A DNA stretch of 64,000 bases from an uncultured Clostridium sp. (GTDB lineage Bacteria > Bacillota > Clostridia > Christensenellales > CAG-138). Within the stretch, counting starts at the first letter, position 1; each line of letters starts with the position of its first letter. The stretch covers positions 93,536-157,535 of the forward strand of contig CAZARN010000001.1 of NCBI GenBank assembly GCA_964487565.1, given 5' to 3'. This document shows, in pieces, positions 24,635-33,432 of this stretch. A model generated the notes under the pieces. It had not been told where the DNA came from and ran no database searches. It saw nothing but the letters and a program-made list of their open reading frames with translations. The translations under genes and the position numbers were made by a program.

Positions 24635-26587
24635 TCATTTGGATTTTATCACGCCGTCCCTGTATGCCTGAAGGAGGACCATCAGATCCTCAATGCGATG
24701 CTGAATTTCCTCGCCGGTGTCTATATCGGCGACCATAACGCGGTGCGGGAACTCATCAACGCGGAATGTGTGGGAGGTTATGTCCCGGCTGTGCTCGACG
24801 GCGTCCTCGTGCGTGGTGAAAGGCTCGTGCGCCGCCATGTGCATGCCGCGGGAATTGAAAAACATGGTGTATCCGGCAATGCCGGTCTCGCGCTGATATG
24901 CGCGGCAGAAGCCTCCGTCGATGACGATGAGCCTGCCGTTGGCCTTGAGCGGGCTTTCGCCTTCCTTGGCCTTCACGGGGATGTGGCCGTTGATTATCCT
25001 GCTCCAGGGCTTGTTGCAGTCGAACGCGGCAAGCACCTTGTTGCAGAATTTCTCATCGTCATAGTTGTCGTAATAAGCGTTTTTCGGCTCCTTCCAGGTC
25101 GACTTGTCGTCGATGAGCGCGCGCTCGAAGGTGGAGATGTGGTCGCGCCCGAACACGGGTGAATTGCGTCCGCACCAGAGGAACCAAAGAAAATCCTGCC
25201 CGACGGCCTCCTCGTCGGAGCCTACGGGCGCGAAGACGCCCTGACGCGCGAGCTTATCGGCATAATCGAAGAAATCGCGCCCGGATAATTCCATGCCGGC
25301 CATGCTGAAGGTCATGAAGCTTCCGCCCTTGTTGCACGGCACGCAGCCGTGGAAGAGCAGATTGCCGTTGCAGCGGCGGTAGATCCCGCCGACGCGGCAG
25401 AGAAAGCGCGCGTGGAGCTGCAATTTTTCACTGCGGCGGAATGCGGTGACAAGCTGATCCATGAGGCCTTGCTCCTCGTTCGTGAGGGCGGTCGGGTTTT
25501 GCGGGTCAACTGTCGGGAATACCTTGTCGCGCAGCTCATATTCCTTATCCTTGATGGTGATGGCGCCCGTGGTCCAGTTCACACGTGAAAGCATGTCGCG
25601 GTCTTCCATCTTATATTCGGGCCTGCGGCGCACGAGCTGCCCCTCAAGCTTATACATTATGACGCTTATGGCTTTGTGCATCTTGGCGTAAAGGCCGGTG
25701 TCGCGCGTTTTGAACGGCTCAACGGGCAGGTTCCTCGGCGTGAAGACGGGGCTTTCGTCATACTGCTGCTGCGCGAACATCGCAAGCGGCAGAAGGTTGA
25801 TGCCGTATCCGTTTTCGAGCATGTCAAGATTGTCATACTGCAAACAGTTTTTGACCGCGACCGCGACGCAGGCGGGACTTCCGGCGGCCGCGCCCATCCA
25901 AAGCACGTCATGGTTGCCCCATTGTATGTCCACGTCGTGATATGTCATGAGGTTATCGAGTATGTCGTCCGCGTGAGGTCCGCGGTCGAATATGTCGCCG
26001 ACGATGTGAAGCTGATCGACCGTCATGCGCTTTATGAGGGTCGCAAGCTCGATGATGAATGTGTCCGCGCTGCCGGTCCTTATCACGGCGTCGATAATGT
26101 TGCTGTAATATTGCTCCTTGTTGCCGCCGGCGTTTGAGGTGTTGAGCATCTCCTCGAAGATATAGGCAAATTCGCGGGGCAGCGCCTTCCTGACCTTTGA
26201 GCGCGAATATTTGGAGGTGGAGATCCTGCTCACCGCGATGAGCCGGCGAAGCGTCACCCTGTACCAGTCGTCAAGATCCGCTTCATGCGTGCGGGCTTCG
26301 TTGAGCTTTTCGCGCGGATAATATATGAGGGCCGAAAGCTCGCGCCGCTCGCTCACCGTGAGCGATTCGCCAAGCGCCTGACGCACTTTTTCCGCGATCG
26401 CGCCCGAGCCGTTGTTGAGTATGTGCGTGAAGGCCTCGTTCTCGCCGTGGATATCGCTCATGAAATGCTCCGTACCCTTGGGCAGATTGAGTATGGCGGT
26501 GAGGTTGATTATCTCGGCGCTTGCCGCCGGTATTGTCGGATATTCACGCGCAAGCTGCTTGAGATAACGGATTTCACGATCGGTCAT
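24635..26587 (-). CDS. fbp: Fructose-1,6-bisphosphatase class 3
   Basis: The 650-aa product has an N-terminus and metallophosphatase motifs (FMSDIHGENEAF...GDIFDRGPH...GNHD) typical of Bacillus-type FBPase III. Confidence 0.85.
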   Translation of the reverse strand: MTDREIRYLKQLAREYPTIPAASAEIINLTAILNLPKGTEHFMSDIHGENEAFTHILNNGSGAIAEKVRQALGESLTVSERRELSALIYYPREKLNEARTHEADLDDWYRVTLRRLIAVSRISTSKYSRSKVRKALPREFAYIFEEMLNTSNAGGNKEQYYSNIIDAVIRTGSADTFIIELATLIKRMTVDQLHIVGDIFDRGPHADDILDNLMTYHDVDIQWGNHDVLWMGAAAGSPACVAVAVKNCLQYDNLDMLENGYGINLLPLAMFAQQQYDESPVFTPRNLPVEPFKTRDTGLYAKMHKAISVIMYKLEGQLVRRRPEYKMEDRDMLSRVNWTTGAITIKDKEYELRDKVFPTVDPQNPTALTNEEQGLMDQLVTAFRRSEKLQLHARFLCRVGGIYRRCNGNLLFHGCVPCNKGGSFMTFSMAGMELSGRDFFDYADKLARQGVFAPVGSDEEAVGQDFLWFLWCGRNSPVFGRDHISTFERALIDDKSTWKEPKNAYYDNYDDEKFCNKVLAAFDCNKPWSRIINGHIPVKAKEGESPLKANGRLIVIDGGFCRAYQRETGIAGYTMFFNSRGMHMAAHEPFTTHEDAVEHSRDITSHTFRVDEFPHRVMVADIDTGEEIQHRIEDLMVLLQAYRDGVIKSK

Positions 26588-26785
26588 TGCAGGCTACCTC
26601 CATGAAATGTGATATTCATAATAATTATATTATCACTATCCGCCATAAGATGAAAGTATATTATGTTATATAAGGCCATTCCTGTGGGAAATGATAGGGG
26701 ACGGCGCATTTGCGCCGTCCCCGTGTTGGATGATGTTCATATGCCGCGCTGCGGCTTTAGATGGCAATTATCCGCCGCTGACGGA

Positions 26786-27511
26786 TCAATCAACCGTTTC
26801 TGTTTCTTCGGGCGCGCTTTCCGTGACTTCCGGATCCTCTTGCGGTTCGGGTTCTTCAACAGGATCGTCCCAGGTTACGGTTATGGTTATGGTATAGCTG
26901 TTGCCGTCGGCGTCCTTTATCACGCGCTGCTGGGAGAGCTTGTTAACGTTGCTGCCTTCCGCGCTGACAGGGACAGCCACGCAGGAGAAGACCAGCGTTG
27001 CCGCGATGAGGAGCATCAGCAGCCTTTCTGCGCTGCGCACGCCGAAGCGGCGGGCAAAGAGGATCGCCAGCGCGGCGCACGCGATCAGCGCAACGCCGAC
27101 GATGAGCCATATGTTGGATGAGCCTGTGGCGGGCGGCGTGGCGACTTCGCCGACGAACAAAAGTGTGATGCTGCTTTCAGCGTCAAAACCGGCCTTGATA
27201 TTGCCGAGAGCCTGCACATATTTGCCGTCGGAAACTTTCGTTACGGAGTTGAAGGCGTCGGGCATTGAAGCGAGCGCGAACTGCTTGGGCGCTTCGAGCG
27301 TCACGCGCACGTTATCCGCGCCGCCCTTGTACAAAACGGCGTTGAGGGAGGTAGTTATCTTGGTATAATCGCCAACAGATACCGGGTTCTTGCTGATGTC
27401 AATACCGGCGATCTCAAGCGCGTCGCTGCTCGCGGCAAGACCGACCGCGGCGGCGCCGACGGTGAGAAGCAGGATGAGCGCCAACAATGAAACAAGCAAA
27501 CGTTTTCTCAT
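26786..27511 (-). CDS. Hypothetical secreted protein with an internal (S/P)PXTG-like sorting signal (PPATG + TM + RRFGVR), followed by a second signal-peptide-like segment and an acidic tail
   Basis: The ATG at 27511 has a GGGGGA Shine-Dalgarno sequence. The product starts with the signal peptide MRKRLLVSLLALILLLTVGAAAVGLAA. It contains PPATGSSNIWLIVGVALIACAALAILFARRFGV, then RLLMLLIAATLVFSCVAVPVSAEG..., and ends DDPVEEPEPQEDPEVTESAPEETETVD. Confidence 0.5.
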   Translation of the reverse strand: MRKRLLVSLLALILLLTVGAAAVGLAASSDALEIAGIDISKNPVSVGDYTKITTSLNAVLYKGGADNVRVTLEAPKQFALASMPDAFNSVTKVSDGKYVQALGNIKAGFDAESSITLLFVGEVATPPATGSSNIWLIVGVALIACAALAILFARRFGVRSAERLLMLLIAATLVFSCVAVPVSAEGSNVNKLSQQRVIKDADGNSYTITITVTWDDPVEEPEPQEDPEVTESAPEETETVD

Positions 27512-27645
27512 ATTTATCCCCCAAGATGTAAAATTTATAAATCGCACCCGCGCGCTTCCGGAAATCACGCGAATGTATTTACAATGCTATTATAGTGACT
27601 GGCGAAAGACATTGCAAGCCGGGAGACGCGCATAGGTCAAAATAA

Positions 27646-28398
27646 GTGTGGACAGATCCGGCGGATAAATATAGGATGATGATAACGGAGGTGAAAGCTT
27701 TGCGCGTCACGTATATTTACCACAGCGGTTTTCTGATCGAAACGCAAAAGAGCGTTTATGTATTCGATTATTACAAGGGAATGTTGCCCGCGTTCGATGT
27801 TAAAAAACCGGTCACCGTGTTTTCGACCCACGCCCATCAGGATCATTACAATCCGGAGATTTTTGCGCTGCTTGCTTCCCGCGGCGCGGCGGATGTGAGC
27901 GCCGTGCTTGCAAAGGACATTCCATCGCGTAAATATCCGGAAAATATACATGTGCTCACGGTCCGCGCCGACATGCGCTATACCCTCCCCATGGGGGAAA
28001 CGGTGGAAACGCTGCGCTCGACGGACAGCGGCGTCGCGTATCTTGTCACATGCGATGAGGGCGTGATATTCCATGCGGGGGATCTCAACGACTGGACCTG
28101 GGATGGCGAAAGCGACGCGGACAACCGTCAGATGCGCGGCAGCTTCCGCCACGAGATAGACAAGCTCGCGGCGCGCCGCATAGACGTCGCATTCATGCCG
28201 CTTGATCCCCGTCAGGAGGAGCATTATGCGGACGGAATGCTCTATCTTCTCAAAAAGACGGAAGCCGCTTGCGTTTATCCCATGCACTACTGGGGAAAGG
28301 GCGAGGTGCTCGACCGCTTTGCGGCCGAACACCCGGAATACGCTTCACGCACGGGCAACACCGAGGCTGCCGCGCAGCGGCGCGGCCCTCAATCGTAG
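27646..28398 (+). CDS. MBL-fold metallo-hydrolase
   Basis: The product has the HAHQDHY motif and downstream His/Asp ligands. The true start is probably the TTG at about 27700, which has a GGAGGTG Shine-Dalgarno sequence. Confidence 0.65.
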   Translation: MWTDPADKYRMMITEVKALRVTYIYHSGFLIETQKSVYVFDYYKGMLPAFDVKKPVTVFSTHAHQDHYNPEIFALLASRGAADVSAVLAKDIPSRKYPENIHVLTVRADMRYTLPMGETVETLRSTDSGVAYLVTCDEGVIFHAGDLNDWTWDGESDADNRQMRGSFRHEIDKLAARRIDVAFMPLDPRQEEHYADGMLYLLKKTEAACVYPMHYWGKGEVLDRFAAEHPEYASRTGNTEAAAQRRGPQS

Positions 28399-28898
28399 TA
28401 TTTCACTTTATCCGGGTCATAGGCGCCCCTGGGCGAGGGCGCTTCATCAGGCAAACCGAGCGTTATCATGCAAAACGGCGTGCTTTCAACGCCGAGTATA
28501 GCCTTCACGGCATTGCTGCGCTTTCTGTCCGGATATATCCCGCACCAGCATGTGCCGTAGCCGAGCGCCGCGGCGGCGAGCAGAAGGTTCTCGGTCGCCG
28601 CGCCGCAATCCTGCTGGAAAAACTTGCTGCTCATCTTCGCCTGCGTTTCGGGCAGCGCGCACACGATCAGCGCCACGGGCGCTTCAAGCACGTGCTTCAC
28701 ATATGGCGAGATCTTTGCAAGCGCGGTGCGTTTTTCAAGGTTGGTCACCACCGCGAACTCCCACGGGCGGGTGTTGCACGCCGATGGCGCGCGCATGGCG
28801 GCGTCGAGCATCTTTTCAATATCCTCGCGCGGCACGGGATCGCTCTTGTAGCGGCGTATGCTCCGTCGCGCGGCAACGGTATCAAACAAGTCTGTCAT
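28389..28898 (-). CDS. Nitroreductase family protein
   Basis: The 169-aa product has an N-terminus (RRSIRRYKSDPVPREDIEKMLDAAMRAPSACNTRPWEF) typical of the NfsB/NADH-oxidase family. Confidence 0.75.
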   Translation of the reverse strand: MTDLFDTVAARRSIRRYKSDPVPREDIEKMLDAAMRAPSACNTRPWEFAVVTNLEKRTALAKISPYVKHVLEAPVALIVCALPETQAKMSSKFFQQDCGAATENLLLAAAALGYGTCWCGIYPDRKRSNAVKAILGVESTPFCMITLGLPDEAPSPRGAYDPDKVKYYD

Positions 28899-30169
28899 AT
28901 ATCCTCCTCAGGGTCTTCCTCAGGAACGGGCCAAACCCTTATGCCGAGGCGCACCACGCGGCGGTTTTGGAGTTTTTTCACCGTTATTGTGAGGTTTTTA
29001 TACTCGAATATGTCACCGACCTTCGGATAATCGCCGAGCATCTCTATCGCCCAGCCGCCGAGGGTGGCGTTGTCGTCGTCAAAGTCGCGGTCGTCGATGT
29101 CGAGCGCGTCGAAAAAGTCCTCGATGCGCATGTCGCCGTCCGCCTCATAGGTATCCTCGCCCGTCTGCACGAATTCCTCGACCACCTCGTCCGTCTCATC
29201 CCATATGTCCCCGACGAGCTGTTCAAGCACATCCTCCATGGTGAGGCAGCCCATCGTGCCGCCGTATTCGTCGGTCACGATGACCATGTGGCATTTGCGT
29301 TTTTTCATCTCGCGCAGCACATCGTCGAGCGGCATCGTCTTATGCACGAAGTTTACGGGCATGAGCAGCTTCTGTATGTCAAAATCCTTTTCGCCGAGGG
29401 CAAGCGCCTTGAAGAAATGATTGAGATGCAGTATGCCGATTATATTGTCTATCGTATCCTCATAAACAGGGATACGCGAATATGGCGAGGAATTGACCGT
29501 TGCAAGTATTTCATCAAAGCTGTCCTCGACGTCGATCGAAAGCATGTCCACGCGCGGTGTGATTATCTCATACGCAAGCACGCCGTCGAAATCGAGCGCG
29601 CTTTGCAGAAGCTCCGCGCGGTCCTCGTCGATCACGCCCTCGTCCTCGACCGTGTCGATTATGGTTTCAAGATCCTCCTCGGTTATGGCGGGCTTGGCAG
29701 CGTCGCTCTTGTCGCTCCAGAGGCGGTCGATACAATGCAAAAGCTTCTGCATGAGCCATACAATGGGGAAGGTGACGATCATCAGTATCCACAGCGGCAC
29801 GGCGGCAAGCTTTGTGAAGCCAAACGCCGTCTGAACGGCCACGATCTTCGGTATTATCTCGCCGAAGGTTATGATGAGCACCGTCATTATGCCCGTCGCA
29901 GCCCACGCGCCGTCGTCGCCCAGAAGCGTGATGGCGATGACCGTCGCCACGGATGAGGCGGCGATGTTCACGAGGTTGTTGCCGATGAGTATGGTTATGA
30001 GCGCGTCGTCGTATTTTTCGTATATTTTCCACGCGAGCGACGCGAGTCTGTTTTTCCCGTCCTCCGCAGCGCGCTTGAGGCGAAGTTCGTTCACCGAGGC
30101 GTAAGCGATCTCCGAGCCGGAGAAAAACGCCGAGAACACGATGAGAACGGCGATCAGTGCGTAGTTCAT
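28895..30169 (-). CDS. Hemolysin/CNNM family protein (DUF21 TM domain + CBS pair + CorC_HlyC domain)
   Basis: The 424-aa product has an N-terminal DUF21 region with four TM segments, tandem CBS domains and a C-terminal transporter-associated domain. Confidence 0.8.
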   Translation of the reverse strand: MNYALIAVLIVFSAFFSGSEIAYASVNELRLKRAAEDGKNRLASLAWKIYEKYDDALITILIGNNLVNIAASSVATVIAITLLGDDGAWAATGIMTVLIITFGEIIPKIVAVQTAFGFTKLAAVPLWILMIVTFPIVWLMQKLLHCIDRLWSDKSDAAKPAITEEDLETIIDTVEDEGVIDEDRAELLQSALDFDGVLAYEIITPRVDMLSIDVEDSFDEILATVNSSPYSRIPVYEDTIDNIIGILHLNHFFKALALGEKDFDIQKLLMPVNFVHKTMPLDDVLREMKKRKCHMVIVTDEYGGTMGCLTMEDVLEQLVGDIWDETDEVVEEFVQTGEDTYEADGDMRIEDFFDALDIDDRDFDDDNATLGGWAIEMLGDYPKVGDIFEYKNLTITVKKLQNRRVVRLGIRVWPVPEEDPEEDI

Positions 30170-31188
30170 TGCGCGCCCTCCTCACGGTCGTCCTCGTCGT
30201 ATATTTCGCCGACAAGTTCCTCAAGAATATCCTCCACAGTGATTATGCCAAGCGTATTGCCGGAGCTGTCGAGCACGACGGAAAAATGGGTCTTGTTGCG
30301 GCTCATGTCCGGCAAAAGCTCGTCGATGGGCATGTCGTCGCGCACGAAATGCACGTCGTCCATCGCGTCCGTCGGGCGCACGGCGGGATTGGCGAGATGC
30401 GCTTTCAGATAACGCCTGATCTGGAGCATACCGATTATGTTGCCGTCCGCGTCGAGCACGGGCAGGCGGGAATGGACGTTTTCCTCGATGATGCTGAGTA
30501 TCTCATCGTCGTTCATTTCGCTTGAAACGGTCACGACCTTCTCCCACGGGGTAAGAGCTTCGCGCACGCGGGTGTCGGAAAATTCGAGCGCGCTTTGCAC
30601 AAGCTCGGATTTTTCGTCGTCAAGCTCGCCCTCGTCAGATATGCTGCCGATGATGTCATAAAGATCATCCTCGCTCACGGTAGGCTCCTCTTCCTCCTTG
30701 TGGCGGAACGGTTTGCCCACCCATGCGCTAAGTTTTGAAAAAACGAAGGATATCGGCGTGAGCGCGCGCATCAAAAACAGCAGCGGGCCAGCAACGCCGA
30801 GCGCAAAGCGCTCGCTGCATGCCTTTGCGATGCGCTTGGGCACCATTTCAGAGGCGAAGAACACAATAAAGGTGACCACAAATGTGGTCGCCGTCACAGC
30901 ATCCACGCCCCAAAGCCGGTTTGCCATCACCGTTGCGATGCTTGCGCAGCTTATGTGCATTATGTTGTTGCCGATAAGTATCGTTGTAAGCGCCTTATCG
31001 AAGTGGTCCAGTATATACAGCACGCGCTTTGCGCGTTTGTTGCCATCGTCCGCATAGCTCATCATGCGGATACGGTTGACCGAGGCAAGCGAGGTCTCGG
31101 TCGCGGCGAAAAAAGCGCCGCCCAGGATCAATAGGATAATCGCGATAATATATCCTATCGGACTCCCGTCGTCCATTCGGACAATCAA
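30166..31188 (-). CDS. CNNM/DUF21–CBS domain protein (tandem paralog)
   Basis: The 340-aa product has the same architecture as its neighbour but lacks most of the CorC_HlyC C-terminus. The genes overlap by 4 nt and are likely in one operon. Confidence 0.75.
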   Translation of the reverse strand: MIVRMDDGSPIGYIIAIILLILGGAFFAATETSLASVNRIRMMSYADDGNKRAKRVLYILDHFDKALTTILIGNNIMHISCASIATVMANRLWGVDAVTATTFVVTFIVFFASEMVPKRIAKACSERFALGVAGPLLFLMRALTPISFVFSKLSAWVGKPFRHKEEEEPTVSEDDLYDIIGSISDEGELDDEKSELVQSALEFSDTRVREALTPWEKVVTVSSEMNDDEILSIIEENVHSRLPVLDADGNIIGMLQIRRYLKAHLANPAVRPTDAMDDVHFVRDDMPIDELLPDMSRNKTHFSVVLDSSGNTLGIITVEDILEELVGEIYDEDDREEGAQ

Positions 31189-31288
31189 CTCACTTTCTTT
31201 ATTACAATTCAGTTATTTATTATAAGCAATTATTTTATATATTGCAAGCCGTGCCGCAGCATAACCCGCGGAATATGGCCGCAGCGGG

Positions 31289-31322
31289 CAAAAAAGCCCC
31301 GCGCCGGAGTGCGGCGCGGGGT
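31289..31322 (-). terminator. Rho-independent terminator after the SPFH gene
   Basis: The 10-bp GC stem CCCCGCGCCG/CGGCGCGGGG is followed on the minus strand by CTTTTTTG. Confidence 0.55.
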
Positions 31323-31346
31323 CTGAGCGCGTGTTTTAATGTCGGA

Positions 31347-32654
31347 TCAAAGCTTCTTGCCGCAGCCGGGGCAGAACTTCGCGCCCGGTTCAAGCTTCGC
31401 GCCGCAGGCGGGACAGAAGGCGGTCGTTGCCGCGGGGGTTTCGGCAGGCTTCTTCGCGCCGCAGGCGGGACAGAAGGCCGCGCTTGCGGGATTGACAGCG
31501 CCGCAGGCACAGGTCCAGCCGTCCGCAGCGGGCTTGGGCGCGGGTTTCTTTGCGCCGCAGGCAGGGCAGAAGGCCATGCTGTCCGGGTTCTTTGCGCCGC
31601 AGGCGCAGGTCCAGCCGCCGGCGGCTGCCTGCTGCTGTTGTTGTTGCTGCTGCTGATTGATCTGCTGCTGGTTGGAGGCGGAGAACGCGCCGGCCATGTT
31701 GCCGCCTGCGTTCATGCCGAGACCGACGCCCATGAACGCGCCGGCCGCGCCCGCCGTGTTGCTGCCCGCAGCTTCCACGCCGCGCGCCATCGCGCCCTGA
31801 ACATAGCCTTCGCGCACGCCGGGATCGGACAGCATCGCGCCCTGATTGCGCATATTGATGAGCTTCTGGCTTTCCTCGTCGTATGAAAGGGAGCCGATGC
31901 CGACGCTTTGCACCTGCATACCGCGCATCTGGTTCCAGTCCGCGTCGAGCGTGTCGGACATGTACTTGGAAAGCTCGCGCGCCTTGCTTGTCACAAAGCT
32001 GATGCGCGTGCCGTCGGCACTCATCTGGTTGATCGCGCTTTGCAGCGCCTCAAGGAACTCGTTGAGATACTGCTCGTTTATATCGTTGATATCCACGTTC
32101 GCCGCGTTCCTGGGTATCGCTTCGGCATAGAACTTGAGCGGGTCTGTGACCTTTATGGAATAAGTGCCGTGCGCGCGGAGAAACAGCTCGGAATTATAGA
32201 AGCAGTCAAAATAGTTGATGGGGTTGCGCGTGCCGAACTTTATGCCCTTTATCTCCTGAAGGTTGATGAAGAACACCTTCTGGGAGGAGGAGGGCGTGCC
32301 GCCGTATTTCACACGGGAGAAGGTCTCCTTGAGGGAGGCGCCGAACTGTCCGTTGAAAAGCGAGGGCATGGAGGAATTATCCACCTTGAAGTAACCCGGC
32401 TCGGCGGTATAGTCAACGACCTTGCCACCGTCAACGAGCATCATGAACTGGTTGTCATAAACGTGGATGATAGAACCGTTGGAAACGGTGTCGACCGTGC
32501 CCTTGAGGTTCTGGTTGCGCTTATCGTCCGAGCGCACCTTGACTCCGCTTGCAAAAACCGTGGTGTTGCCCATATCCTGACACTCGATTACCTCGAGCCA
32601 GGAATCCGCAAGACCTCCGCCGATCGCACCGATTACGGCTTTGATTATGCCCAT
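31347..32654 (-). CDS. SPFH-domain protein (B. subtilis YdjI-like) with a C-terminal poly-Gln stretch and three zinc-ribbon motifs
   Basis: The N-terminus MGIIKAVIGAIGGGLADSWLEVI...NGSIIHVYDNQFMMLVDGGKVVDY matches the YdjI family. The C-terminus has QQQINQQQQQQQQQ followed by WTCACGAKN...FCPACGAKK, repeated twice more. Confidence 0.65.
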   Translation of the reverse strand: MGIIKAVIGAIGGGLADSWLEVIECQDMGNTTVFASGVKVRSDDKRNQNLKGTVDTVSNGSIIHVYDNQFMMLVDGGKVVDYTAEPGYFKVDNSSMPSLFNGQFGASLKETFSRVKYGGTPSSSQKVFFINLQEIKGIKFGTRNPINYFDCFYNSELFLRAHGTYSIKVTDPLKFYAEAIPRNAANVDINDINEQYLNEFLEALQSAINQMSADGTRISFVTSKARELSKYMSDTLDADWNQMRGMQVQSVGIGSLSYDEESQKLINMRNQGAMLSDPGVREGYVQGAMARGVEAAGSNTAGAAGAFMGVGLGMNAGGNMAGAFSASNQQQINQQQQQQQQQAAAGGWTCACGAKNPDSMAFCPACGAKKPAPKPAADGWTCACGAVNPASAAFCPACGAKKPAETPAATTAFCPACGAKLEPGAKFCPGCGKKL

Positions 32655-32976
32655 GTATGTTCCTCCTTATGTTAAATATATGGTTTGCCAAACATCATGT
32701 ATATTATGATTTTACCCGCGATATTTGTCAAGGAGAAGACGATTGCGGTAAAGCGCGCTGTTTTATTGGCGAGCCGGACTATATGCTCCCGGCGCTCAGG
32801 GTCGCGGCGCGATGCAGCCGGAGATCGCGCGCGATATGGAATATGAATTCAGCCGCCGGCATGCCATGATTTTTCCATATCAAATTGCGCATGCCGGCCT
32901 ATGTTTTTACAATCACGTCACCATTAACCTAAATATATGTGGTAATATAGACGTATCAAATAAAGGATGTGTTGTG

Positions 32977-33432
32977 ATGAACGTTCTGTTTTTTCTCAAA
33001 CCAAAGGTATCTGTCGCATACATCTACAATGACAACACGCTCCGTCAGGCGCTTGAAAAGATGCGTTTTTACGGATATTCCGCGATCCCGGTCATCGACC
33101 GCGAAGGGAAATACACGGGCACCGTCACGGAAGGCGATTTTTTATGGAAGCTGTCGGACGCCTCCGCGTGGGATAATCACGCGCAGGAGCGGCTGTATGT
33201 GAAGGATCTGCTGAGGCCCGAGCATAACCCCGCCGTGAACGTGAACGCCTCGATTGAGGATCTGCTGATGATGGCGATGAACCAGAACTTCGTCCCGGTC
33301 GTGGACGACATAGGCTCATTTATAGGCATCGTCACAAGGCGCGACATCATGCAGTATTATTTCAAGCTGACGCACGGGGAAAGCACTGCCCCGTCAAAGC
33401 CTGTAAACAAGTCCTTCGAAGGGCAGCAATGA
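32977..33432 (+). CDS. CBS domain pair protein
   Basis: The product has two CBS motifs (GYSAIPVIDREGKYTGTVTEGDFL; NFVPVVDDIGSFIGIVTRRDIM). The ATG at 32977 has an AAAGGA Shine-Dalgarno sequence. The 3' end overlaps the convergent GH13 gene by 39 nt. Confidence 0.55.
   Translation: MNVLFFLKPKVSVAYIYNDNTLRQALEKMRFYGYSAIPVIDREGKYTGTVTEGDFLWKLSDASAWDNHAQERLYVKDLLRPEHNPAVNVNASIEDLLMMAMNQNFVPVVDDIGSFIGIVTRRDIMQYYFKLTHGESTAPSKPVNKSFEGQQ

Noticed and set aside
31242-31886. ORFs 31242..31886 and 31339..31656 on the plus strand, with repeated AQAGQKA peptides
   Set aside because: They are antisense to the zinc-ribbon and poly-Gln coding region of the SPFH gene. The repeats mirror the triple zinc-ribbon repeats.
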